A stretch of DNA of 64,000 nucleotides. It comes from Paraphysomonas bandaiensis. Taxonomy: Eukaryota; Protista; Chrysophyceae. Positions 25,788 through 37,782 of the stretch are shown here, in pieces; positions within the stretch are counted from its first letter, which is position 1; each line of letters begins with the position of its first letter. The notes below the pieces were generated by a model, which was given only the letters and a program-made list of their open reading frames with translations, did not search any database and was not told the origin of the DNA. The stretch covers positions 124,001 to 188,000 of the forward strand of contig CBFFRP010000324.1 of the NCBI GenBank assembly GCA_965644295.1, in the 5' to 3' direction. Made by a program: the position numbers and the translations under genes.

Positions 25788-26064
25788 TTTACACTAGATC
25801 ACAGAGAGAATTTGTCGTAAGACTAGATAGATTTATTAGTATCGTTTATACGAAGTTGTGATAACCAACACTAACTCATTATAATCCCTGCATAATATCC
25901 TACATATGCGAACCTCTCGTTACTGAACATATCTTGAAAGGTCAACCTATTTCAGTTTCTCAATATCATCACAGCATTTGTACATCACTATATTTCACTG
26001 TATTCTCGTACATTGTCTTCAAGTGACATACTGAATATACTAGAATAAGATCCATATTCTAATA
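25771..26064 (-). repeat. 5' LTR of Copia (294 bp), contains the first ATG of Gag-Pol
   Basis: Identical to 20605-20898; CAT at 25785-25787 opens the long ORF. Confidence 0.97.
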
Positions 26065-26190
26065 GAGAATAATAAGCATCAAAAGTAAAATAAATGATAT
26101 TAATTACACTGCAATGAAATATGTATCGTTTACAGTCACTCCATTGCAAACATGGTGATATACACTATTGCTTAAAATTACACTATATAT

Positions 26191-27890
26191 TCACACAAAA
26201 ATGAAAGTAAGACATACAGGAATGATGATTAGCCCTAATACCCCTTGAGCCAACGCCAAACGCCTTTTCCACTCGGGTCCTTCCAAATGCTTAAAAGTAA
26301 GATAATAGAAAAATCCTGGAAGTATGTAGGATACAATAGTCGATCCTATCACAGGAAAATAACATTACTTGTTCGATCTGGAGTTTAGAAGGGAGCCATA
26401 CCTGTGGCCCCAACCAGTGAGAGAATAATTCCTAGGTCGGATACTGCAAGACCGAGAATTAAAGAGAAGCCCAAGAATCCGATCTGCACAAGTACTAAAG
26501 CGTAAATTCATAACAAGGAAATGCCTTACTGTCACAATAACGTAACGCATCGACTGTACTCGAATACTAGGTTGCTCTTTGCCTCTATCGAGAGCAGCTA
26601 TGAGGGTCAAAATGCACCGCCTAGAGGGGTGGGCCTACTCATTTCAAGGTAAAATAGCAAAAAGCAAAAAACATAAACACTCACCTGCAGAGGATACGAG
26701 AATGCAACGAGAAGTGATACGAAAAGGCGCGCAGTGCTCGTTAAATAATTCTCTATGTACATGGAAACAGTTTATATGTTCAATGTGTCTATTATGAATA
26801 CTTATTCTACCAGGATAGTTCACTAAAATATCCGATTCAACCTCATCACCGTATGTGCTATAGCCGAAGCTTGCAACTATCAGGTATAAAGAAATAGCGG
26901 TCATGATGGCCCCACCAATAACAATATTCACTCGTGCTGGCGTGCGGTTCCGCAACTCGTTGCAGACTGGAAATATGTTCTGTAGTATTATCAAGCACCA
27001 GCATGACATCACATAAACAGGAATATGATGACGTTTTACCTGCTGGCACGTAAACCCAAAAACGAATATAGAGAGCACGCGTAACGTCTGCATTGTAAGG
27101 GAAAAGTTCCCTTTATCTCCTACACATGTATCACTGGCGTCAATATCAGCGCAAGGGTCAAGTCCGGGAACGTCACAAGCATATAGTACTATCAGCATTG
27201 TCAAGAAAGCAACAAAGACAATCGAAACAAATGAAGTAAATTTTAAGGAATCCAGATTTCGGAGACACGATAACGGTGCAACCAAGACAAATCCGATAAC
27301 CACCCATACGTGGCGGTCTTGCCAAAACGCGTTAGCGCCTATATGTTCCATTACATCCGGCATCAGATCCCCGATCACTATGAGATATGATGTTGCCACA
27401 CCAAAACATTTGATCGCTACAGCGAAGTCAATTACTAGGGTTAGTTGGGGCATTGCATGATGTCCAACACGATAAAATGATGAGGGGCCCGGAATGGTCA
27501 TAGCACAAAGAGCCAAAGTGTGAAGTGAAAAAGCACTTGATATCCCAAAGAGTACTATTAACAGTGAACCCAGAACCCATCCAGTATGAGCGAACGCATA
27601 TGGTAACCTGTAAGTGTATATTAATACATTGTGTTGGGAGGAATACAGCCAACAGCACACAGCACGTACCCCAGCATACCACTACCAAGTATAGTATTCG
27701 CTAGATTACAATAACAAGAAAATATAGAGGCATTGTTCAAATCAGATTCCAAACTAACTGAAGGGTTAGTGGCTTCATCAACATCTGTGATATCTCTTAT
27801 CACTAGAGGAAGATCGCATTCGACAGGAGGATCAGTCGATATGCTGTCACTGACACCATCACTCTGTAAGGGATTAAAAGAAGAGGTCAT
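26191..27890 (-). CDS. Amino acid transporter (Aa_trans/AVT-like), multi-exon
   Basis: NLANTILGSGMLG|LPYAF, IKCFGVATSYL, LKFTS, FGFTCQQNIFP and GYSTYGDEVESDILVNYP; stop TGA at 26191-26193. Confidence 0.92.
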
Positions 27891-29007
27891 GGCGTACAAC
27901 ACCTAGCCACAAACAATCTGAATAATCGGATAACGAATAAACTATATCATCACATGAGTGTGTGTCGGATTGTGTTGCCATAATTATGTGTGCCCATATG
28001 CCATATGTATGTACAGCAGATGGTCGTAGGCAGGCTGTGGATCCGGATATATACCTGCATATATATCTCTGTTCCTATTGGTCAACTCCGTATATCCAGT
28101 ATATTGTTTTTTTTTGGGTATTCTCCAGTAGTTTTATGGTATTTTTGTGGGGGATGGCACTTTTGCAGTCTACCACTGTATGGAAACCACAATTATTTTT
28201 AAAATACCAGAGTTTTAGGTATACAACATCAAGTATTTATAAAAACAGAGCTCATACATTCATGCATCGTATCTGTGGAGTATCTGGACACACCTCCTCA
28301 CGATCTCTGTGTGGGATGGAACTATAAGTAAATGAGCATTACATGTGCTGTGAGAAACATTCCCCACCAACCCCACCAATTGGCCTTCAACGATGTTCTA
28401 TTAAGAAACATGTCTGTGTTTCGTCAGACAAGGAGCATGCTGTTGTTCTTATGATACACCGAATCAACGGACGAATGATGTGCAGGCAACCTCCGAGCGA
28501 CATAGTAAGTTAGGTAAGTGTAGCTGGAAGATCAGAAGCACACTTTCTACTCTTTTTCTAGCTTGGTGTTTTAGTGCTTGCTTATCCGTCGCTCAGGTAC
28601 TACGCCTCGTTGCCATGTGGTATTAACTATCAGCAATAAACTGAGAGTGACTGTTGAGTTTTTTTTGCACGTTGTAGTTGTAAACGCTTGAATTATAACC
28701 GTTAGTGACGAAAATAGTAATTGAAGACAATAGAGGGAGATTGAAGTGTAAAGACTGTCTAAGATAGTGAGAGTGAGAGTGAAACCAATCAATGTAGCAG
28801 GTTATAATATATTATTAGATATTGTTATCACAATTGTAATTAATCGAATATGATGTTTACATGTTTACAGTTATGTTAGTTTACTTAAAGTGTCAAAATG
28901 TTAATTTCTGATTTCATGCAGCAGAACTCAACACAGCACACATGTAACTATCTACTACTACGATCCTCAACACAACACAAGAATAATAACAAATTCAATA
29001 ATAACTT

Positions 29008-31983
29008 CTAATTTAATCCGAGAGAAAACTTGGCATCGGCGTCATACGTAAAAGAATTTCTCTCAGCAGTTAAATGGTCATCCGTTTTCATTGGTGCAGG
29101 GTACATGGCACTCACTGCATTTAGAAAATGTTTTCGTGACACATTGTTTACTGTAACTATACCGCCTTTCTCCCGCGAGCTATGGATACTCTCATTCAGT
29201 GCATTTTTTAGTGCATTGCGACAAATAGCAGAAATCTCTGCGCAAGTACACGAAGGAATGGTATGTAAAATATCTTCAACGCTAAAATGTTCATCGACAG
29301 GAACCTTCTGCAGAAACGATGATATTATTTGTTTTATATCTTCGGGCGATGGTCTATCGATCAATATCTTGTGGCTTAGCCGCCCTGGGCGCAAAAGTGC
29401 CTTGTCAAGAGCTTCCACATCGGCGCATGCAGTCAGCACAAAAACCTGAGCTGCATGATTATTTCCACTGTTTCCTGATGTAATTCCATCTAATTCATTG
29501 AGAAAAGTCGATAAGACTCTTGCAGTCACCCCGCTCTCACTGCTTTCATCACCCCCAGGCCTCGAATTTCCTCGTGACGGATCGAAAGAGCCCCTATTTC
29601 ATTGTAAAGATACGTTACTATAGATTAGGGTTTACATATACAGCAAATGTATGGGCAGAATAGCGGTCGTACCTGTTATGCGCAATTGCATCGAAATCGT
29701 CGAAGAAGAGCACGCAAGGTGCCGCCGAGCGTGCTTTGCGAAATAAATTCCGCAACGATGCCTCCGTCTGTCCAAAATATTTTGAGAGTAGTGCTGGTGA
29801 CCGGACAGTTATGAAATTCATATTGGCCTGATAAGTGTATAATTATTGAAACATGGATGCCCTCAGCCTAAATTACCTCCGCCGCAATAACACGAGATAA
29901 AAAGCTCTTTCCGCACCCACTTGGACCCCAGAGAACAAGACCTCGCGGCTGCAAAGCGTCTAGGTTTAATGACGAGTCTACACGAAGATATTAAACAAAA
30001 CACAGACCTCGTGATAATACCTTCAGATATCCTCCGACCAGAATACCTCTTTAGCACAGATTTAATCGCAGCCTTCTCTTTCATATACCCAGCAAAATCA
30101 TCCCATTTTAGGGAAGAGTTGCGCCCTTCAACACTCACTCCACCACCAGAAGGGAGGTCGCTCTGTAGTGCCTGCAATTGACTAGGAGGAGTCATAGTTA
30201 AGGCCTCCAAAAAGTCCTTCCATTCAATTACTTGAGTAGTGGACGATTCTGTAACTGAACCCGAAAGAGAAAGACCAACAGCTCTGGCTTTGCCATCACG
30301 GATGGATCTCATGCGCCTGATCACTGTGCCTAAATCCCCAGGAAGATAACCGGCCGTCATATGAGACATTCGGTTCGTCCAATGCCAGAATAAGTCTTTC
30401 TCCTCCATGGAATTACCGAAATCATCTGAATATGTCCTCGGGAGGTCACCGAGGACATAGCCTTTCTGTTGCGAACTGGCTGTTGTGGTAAGGGAATAGA
30501 GCATACTACTTATTACATGTTGACGGTCCTCCTGAGCTGGACTAGGAAGCATTGACGTCACTTCAAATCCAGGAGGTCCAAGAAAATTAGAAGATACATC
30601 AGACTCAGCAAGACGAGTTGTGGCGATGATGCACACGGGGTCCTTGAAAGTTGGCTGGGAGAGTAGAGACAACAATTCACGCAGACGTATACTTCGAAGG
30701 GATTGGACAGATGAGATGTTACTTGTAGATATCTCTTCTTTTACACGCAAAGATGCTAAGCAGTCGTCAAGATTTTCGAGAAGCAGTACAAGTGGAGGAG
30801 GGTTTGCAGGCTGCTGCAAAGCGGCGGCTTTCCAAGCGGAGTAGCAATGAGAAGTGGCCATGGGGAGTTCCCCAAAAGTAGCTACAAACTGCATCACCAA
30901 TTTGACCAACAAAGGCACACTATTGTCATAATAGTTAACATTAGCCTCCTCAGAAATCGCTGTTAAGTTCGGATGTAGGGTCAATATGCAAGACGGAGGT
31001 TCGATATCCTTGGAGAGTGATTCAGATAACAAATGCAGAAGATGTGTCTTGCCCGCCCCTTTGGGACCGATCAAAAGCTGGGTATGAGGTCCTCGCCACT
31101 CGGCAGAGTGTTGTAATATCTCTTGAATCAGTAGCATTGCACTATGATAGCATGGCTGAAGAAAAGGCAAAATATGTATGGATGTCGATTTTTGGACGTC
31201 AGTGGAATCAGGAATGTGATCAGGTATACTGATAACATACTTGACACTCGAACATGCCGAAATATACCAAGTGGGAGGTGATATACCAGAGAAAGAAATT
31301 GATGAAACAAATTGTAAAGTACAACGGAATACCTACCATTTTCAAGATTTAACATTATCCTCATAGCTATTGCGAACTTACCACATAATTACTGAGCACA
31401 GACAGAGCTAAGAATTGACCATCAGTGACGCATACTCCACACAGCATAGACGGTAGAAGTGGTATAATATTGTCACGTTTGATTCCGATTGGCCAATTGT
31501 CACTCCATTTACCAGGAAATGTAAGCGGTGAGTTAGTCATGTCATCCCAATTCAGAACGCTACACGCTGAAAGGAATTCGAGTACAATTGTTGGCGCATC
31601 CTCACTCGTGGCCGGGCAGGGAACTAAAAATTGGCGTAAATTATCATAGAATAAGTAAATAGTTGTGCAACCTGTCCGGACGATGTCGATATCTGCGACT
31701 TCCCCAAACGAGATATTCAAATGCTGCAGAACCCACTCGTGAACAACAGCCTGACAGCATTGTGATATACAGGACTCGATATGAATGGTATTCGTACATG
31801 ATTTTTATGTATATTTTTAATAAAATGAACTTTTAGTGTGATCTGATTACCGTTACACTGCAGTGGGCTTATGGTTACGGCTGAGGGGGTCTCTTGTGCA
31901 CCAGTGTCCCAATCAGTGCTTATCATGCACTCATTCAATGACAAATCATGCAAACTTGATGCAGTGTATACATTCAGTTTCAT
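29008..31983 (-). CDS. Double AAA+ ATPase (CDC48/AFG2/PEX1-related), multi-exon
   Basis: D1 Walker [10 protein letters not shown]2 has [54 protein letters not shown] and [11 protein letters not shown]. Confidence 0.88.
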
Positions 31984-32457
31984 TTTAATGAGTTGAGCGC
32001 ACGATTAGGGGACTTTTATGATGCAGCATACGCCTTTAAAGTAACTATCTTGTAGAGGTACACTGCTGTACAGAAACTCGTCTGACTGTGACATGAAAAC
32101 CAACAGTTTTAGGAAAAACACGGGTTTTAGGGTTTCATACAGAAAACTGTTGTTCAACTAATCATATCACATGATTACGAATATAATGATTTTAATTCGA
32201 TGGAATGAAATTAAGTAACCCAATCACATCCATTACACAGGATACCATAGGCTCAGCGCACTTATCTAGACAGATGTGCGGTGGTCTATATATCTACACA
32301 CTGTCTGTTCATACATACAGTACATGTATATATATGCATACTGGAGTTGTGTATGCATATGCATGTCTATATATTGCAACAGCACTGTCACATACATCAT
32401 AGTATAGTTGATAGATATATCCAAGCATAAAGTGAACACCCTATCCCCTCTATATCA

Positions 32458-35407
32458 ATGGATACAGACCAGATAGAAGAAGAAATACTTCCAGTGGAAG
32501 AGTTTAAAGATGAGCTGATGTCTCATGTGAAACATAATCAAATAGTCATATGCATCGGAGAAACTGGAAGCGGTATGCATATGATTCATTCAGATCTTGT
32601 TTATAAGGAAAAATCAATATGTTTTATCAGGAAAAACAACTAGAATCCCTCAATTTTTCTTAGATGCCGATATTTTATCAGGGAAATCGATTGCAGTCAC
32701 ACAGCCGAGGCGTGTAGCGGCCATTACAGTTGCCCAAAGAGTTGCAGATGAGAGGAATGTTAATGTTGGAGATGAAGTGGGCTATACAGTTCGTTTCGAT
32801 GACAGTACATCTAGTAGGACGCGTATTAAATTCATGACAGATGGTATTCTTGTTCGCGAATGTTTAAGCAGTTCCACGCTGTCACAATACCAGGCTGTGA
32901 TGCTAGATGAAGCTCATGAAAGGTCTATTCATACAGACATTCTTTTCGGATTAGTAAAGAAGGCATGTGAACAACGTCCAGATTTGAAGGTCCTAATTAC
33001 ATCTGCTACATTGGATGTGTCGAAGTTTTCATCGTATTTCAACAATTGTCCAGTGGTGAGAGTACCAGGCCGCCTTTTCCCGGTAGATCTATACCATTCC
33101 AAAACTAAGCAGGTAATGACAACATCTGGGCCAGCGACGAATTCGTATGTGGATTCAGCTGTAAATACGGTGCTTCGAATCCATTCTTCACAGGATGATG
33201 GCCACATCTTAGTTTTCCTTACCGGTCAGGAAGAAATCGAAAGAGCGTGTGATATGATTCGTAAGGGAGTTCAGGAGCAACGAGATGGCGCATTAAGTGA
33301 GCTAAAGGAAATTCTAGTTGTACCCTTATATGCCTCCCTTCCCGCCGCTGCACAGAAGAAAGCCTTTCAGCCGTGTCCTCGGGGCATGAGAAAGTGTGTC
33401 GTTGCCACCAACATTGCAGAGACTTCTGTTACTGTTCCGGGAATAAGGTGAATAAAATTTTGGTGTATTTGTGTGAGCTCAATAAATGTACTTGTGAAAG
33501 GTATGTGATAGACCCCGGGTACGTCAAGCAGAAGGCCTACGATCCTGCCAGGTCTGTGATGACGGCGTCTATTGTGCCAAGCTTGTCTGACAACATACAG
33601 GCGGATGGAATCTCTTCTTGTGGTGCCTATTTCTCAAGTATCAGCTCAACAACGTGCAGGACGAGCAGGCAGAACAGGTAAATTAGTTGAACTTCAGTGG
33701 TATCATTGACTTTTTTACAAGGTCCTGGACAGTGCTACAGATTGTACTCGACCCAGTGTTACGAGTCGTTTGCCGAGGAAACTATACCTGAGATAAAGCG
33801 GTGTAATCTCACCAATACTATATTATATCTTAAGGCATGAACTTCATCTGTATTTCTTTGTTTGATATGTAACGGTCGTAACTAGGCTCTAGGGATAACT
33901 GATGTATTACGGTAATACCTCACGAGCATACCACACCCTATTTCTTACATGTCGTAGATTTGAATTCATGGATCCACCATCTGAGCAGCAGATTGTGGAG
34001 GGTCTAGTGATGCTTCACATGCTGGGGGCTATTGATGACAATGGAAGAATTACACCATCTATTGGGCGTGGCATGGCTGCCTATCCGTTAGAGCCGTCGC
34101 TGTCTCGAATGATGGTGGAGGCTCAGCACCCCTCCAATGATTGCCTGGAAGAAGTAGCGATTATATGTGCAATGCTTTCTGTCGAAAATGTGTATTTTTT
34201 CCCACGGCGGATGCAGCAAGGGGAAGAGAGGGAGCGTGCTCGGCGCGAGATGAGAGAGTCTAAAGGTAGAGTTGGCTCAGCTGATGAAGAACTTGCGTGG
34301 CATGCGGTAGAAGATGCACATGCCAAACTGAGACACTCGAAGGGTGATCATTTTACATACCTCAACATATTCTTGCAGTGGGAGCGGTCTGGTAGTGTAT
34401 TAATGAATGAAGCTGAAGAAGTATATAATTGCAGCTTTACAGGTTACGATCAGGATTGGTGCGAGAGACATTATATCAGGCATCGAGCGATGAAGACCGC
34501 GAAGAATATCAGGTGGCTTCATAGCAACATATAGTGTGATTGGGTAATATATTTTCTCAGGAATCAATTGCTATCAGATGCAGAAAAAGCCAAAGACGAT
34601 TACAGAGAAGAAGGTGGAGACAGAAAAAGGCAGAGGCGTGGTGCAGACGAGGGAAGGCGGGAAAAAGAGCGTATTCGAGCCATTCAAAGGTCGCTGACAG
34701 CTGGACTATTTATGAATGCTGCACGGTATGTAGTGATGGCTACATTTTATCATGATGTGACATGTATAATAGGCGATGTGCGAATGAAACCGCGTATAGA
34801 TCACTATCATTCAAAGTGTCACATGAATCTTGTGGTGAGGACAGCTGGCAGCTGAAAGATATGTTAGAGGTCAAATTACTTCGATCTCAGAACACTTTCT
34901 TGAATAGTCTAAATCGTAAATGTAGGAGGTCAAGCTTTTACATATTCATCCAACGAGTTGCTTTGGTGGAGATACTGGTAACAGACCCCCTGAATATATT
35001 ATCTATCAGGTGAAGGAAGTAAGTTGTCGTCATTTCGCATTATCACGTCTTGCTGTGGTGTCTATGCGCAGGACCTGATGCATAGTAATAGAGCCCTTAT
35101 GAGGCATGTTGGTAAGTATATTTGCGATGTGTGTAATAAATAATGAAACGTTGGTGCAGTGAAAATTGATTACGAAACCTTGGAGCGCTTTCGTTCGGAC
35201 TGGAGTTTTGTGAATCCCCTTCTTCTCAGTGGTAGACAGGTTCCACGTAGCAATAATGAGGTGAAGAGTCAAGAAACAGAATGTGATCGTGAATCAGTGG
35301 ATAACACTTCGTCGTCTCATGCTGGTGGTGGTACGACAGAAAAGTTGTCAGCTGTTGATGCTGCGAGAGCCCGATATTTGAAGAGGAAGATGATGTCGAA
35401 TACATAG
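32458..35407 (+). CDS. DEAH-box RNA helicase (Prp22/DHX8/DHX40-like), many short exons
   Basis: GETGS|GKTT, TQPRRVAA, TDG, DEAH, SAT, FLTGQEEI, ATNIAETSVT and QRAGRAGR; HA2-like region YPLEPSLSR. Confidence 0.95.
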
Positions 35408-35508
35408 GTATTTTTGGGTATTATCCAGTTCGTTATATTGTGATCTAAAATAATGACATTTCTATGAAAGCGTTATTTTGATTATATTAGCTATAAGCTG
35501 ATATATAG

Positions 35509-35675
35509 CAGGGATAGGGAAAAATATATTGCAATACTATTGTTAGATAGCGTTCCATGAATAGTATTGATGGACTTTTTAAACCGACCCTACAATACTA
35601 TTGCAATATATTGTGATGGAATATTTTACCAGTCCACCTATCTATATATTCTACAATATATTGTTCCCTATCCTG
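35509..35675. mobile_element. hAT-type MITE (167 bp), 8-bp TSD ATATATAG
   Basis: TIRs CAGGGATAGGGAAAAATATATTG and CAATATATTGTTCCCTATCCTG; ATATATAG at 35501-35508 and 35676-35683. Confidence 0.85.
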
Positions 35676-35794
35676 ATATATAGTGACTATGTAGGGTCAT
35701 GACAGTCAAAGATTGTAGCAGTAGTGATATATGACTTACAGATCAGTTAACTTACCTAAAGTATGCAATATAAGTAGATAACATTGATAAATTT

Positions 35795-36431
35795 CAGGGC
35801 TACATAACAATTACTTGACTTGCAATTAAATCGCATGGAATATTCTTAAGAATTTCAATTTAATTGCTCGCTGGAAAGTTGTAATTAAGTTGCAATTAAT
35901 TAGCAATTATTTACTTTATAGTATAAGGACGTAATATTAGAATTAGAACTTGAAAAACATTGCCCCTAATGGCCATCATACTTAATGGCTATTATAATGG
36001 TGGGAAATTTGGCCTCCAGTTATATGTATTTCTTTATTTCTTTACATGATGGTGTAAAAGAAGATGATGGTGTCGACTCACCGACCCATGACTCACTGAC
36101 GACGAGAAGACACAAAAGGCGATTACGCACTACTATACCAATTAGATACTGGTGCTTGAAGTATATATACTATATACTCCACTACTAATTGTGTAGAAAG
36201 GCTTTTCTGTAGTGCAAAGCCAACATGAGTGATCTGCACATCACCATAGCACCTCATCGATTGAAGGCCAATATGTTTTTGCGCTGGAATGCTAGTACAG
36301 TTGAAGATGCTATTCGTGCTTGTAATGAGTAGCTAATTTAATTTAAATTGCGCGAGCTATAACTAATAATTGCAATTTAATTGCTCAAAAAGATTTGCAA
36401 TTTCATTGCAATTAATTGTTACGCAGCCCTG
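35795..36431. mobile_element. Non-autonomous hAT-type element (637 bp), 8-bp TSD ATAAATTT
   Basis: TIRs CAGGGCTACATAACAATTA and TAATTGTTACGCAGCCCTG (17/19 match); ATAAATTT at 35787-35794 and 36432-36439; subterminal GCAATT repeats. Confidence 0.88.
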
Positions 36432-36940
36432 ATAAATTTTAAGGGTATGAATGGTTTTTTACCAATATCACTAATATCTACAATTATACACCATCAGGTA
36501 GAAAGATCTACCGACTTTTCATTGATAAATATGCTTTTTACCATCAATTTCACTTCCAGATTAGACTGAAACACAGACATGCGCAACCTAGCAATCGTGT
36601 CAGAATTGATCGTAGCTGTCGTGCGAAGCGCTTAATATTGAAAATCTGATGGGACATGTCACTGACGTTCATCAAGCAAGATTAGTGCAGGTATCGCTTT
36701 GTATTCTGCACATCACTGGTATGGCAGGTTTCCATGACTGCGAAAACTGTTCGAAAACATTGGCTCTTCACATAAAAACACTATCTTTTAAACAGCTCAA
36801 AATGTATGGAGAATACATATCCACTTTAGAGTGGACAACATGAGGAATAATTGCGCCGTTTTTCTGTGTAATGGCATCGCAAAAAACAACAAACCATAAC
36901 AGTTTCACAATGCCCACCAACAACAGCGAGTGTAATACGC

Positions 36941-37351
36941 TTAAATACATTTCGGGTTATACCCTCGATGTGTAACACTCCATTTTCCACGCCCAACTGT
37001 GGACGGCGCACGGTCCTTGAACACTTTTCTTCCTAAAACTCTCCCTTCTGAATCCTTTACTGCACGTGGTCCCTCTAAAGAACTTAAGTTGGGTGCTAAT
37101 TGTTTATGATAATCACTTTGACGATTATTAAATGAAGATTCGTCTTGTGATCGGGGATCAGCATCCCCTTTAAAACACTTCTCATGATAAAAGAATCGGA
37201 GTTTCCGTCCGTCTCTGCACATCACTGATTGTCCCTTATATATAGTCTGCTTACAGGCACGACAAGTTCCTATTCTATTTAATGGTAATGGACCTGAGAG
37301 CTCCCAGTATGATTCACCGGTCCTTATATTCGATCCACTGTATGCGGTCAT
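36941..37351 (-). CDS. Small protein with a PARP-type zinc finger (CxxC..HxxC)
   Basis: GTCRACKQTIYKG..FYHEKCF; 136-aa ORF from ATG at 37351. Confidence 0.7.
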   Translation of the reverse strand: MTAYSGSNIRTGESYWELSGPLPLNRIGTCRACKQTIYKGQSVMCRDGRKLRFFYHEKCFKGDADPRSQDESSFNNRQSDYHKQLAPNLSSLEGPRAVKDSEGRVLGRKVFKDRAPSTVGRGKWSVTHRGYNPKCI

Positions 37352-37782
37352 GTTGATATGATCTGAAGAATTATGTGGATCTTGTTTATGATGCGTGAGT
37401 GTGATGGAGGTAGTGAACATACCCCCCTACTGCTACGTAGAACAGAGCAGAGCAGAGTTCTAGAGTGGTACTCCACAATAGCTATAAAATACACATACGC
37501 TGCTGCTGGTGCTTCTGTAGATACAGGCAACAGGCAGGCATAGCTGCAGGGAATACAGAGTGTATTCCTATAGTCTATACATGTCCACCTGCAGCAGCTT
37601 CTGTCGAACAGGAATACTGTACCACAGGAATACTGTACCACAGGAATACAGTGTACAGAGGTGTACACAGCAGTCCATAGCACACAACAGTATGCAGCAC
37701 CATCACAGTTACACTCATACTCATAACACAAATATACATACATCTATCTGCATATATCTACTGTGCTGTGCACTATCGACTG

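Larger units (their letters stand above)
20605..26064 (-). mobile_element. Full-length Ty1/Copia LTR retrotransposon, 5-bp TSD GAGAA
   Basis: Identical 294-bp LTRs at 20605-20898 and 25771-26064. GAGAA at 20600-20604 and 26065-26069. PBS TGGTAGCGAGC (25760-25770, minus) and PPT-like TTGAGTGGGAG adjacent to the 3' LTR. Confidence 0.98.
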
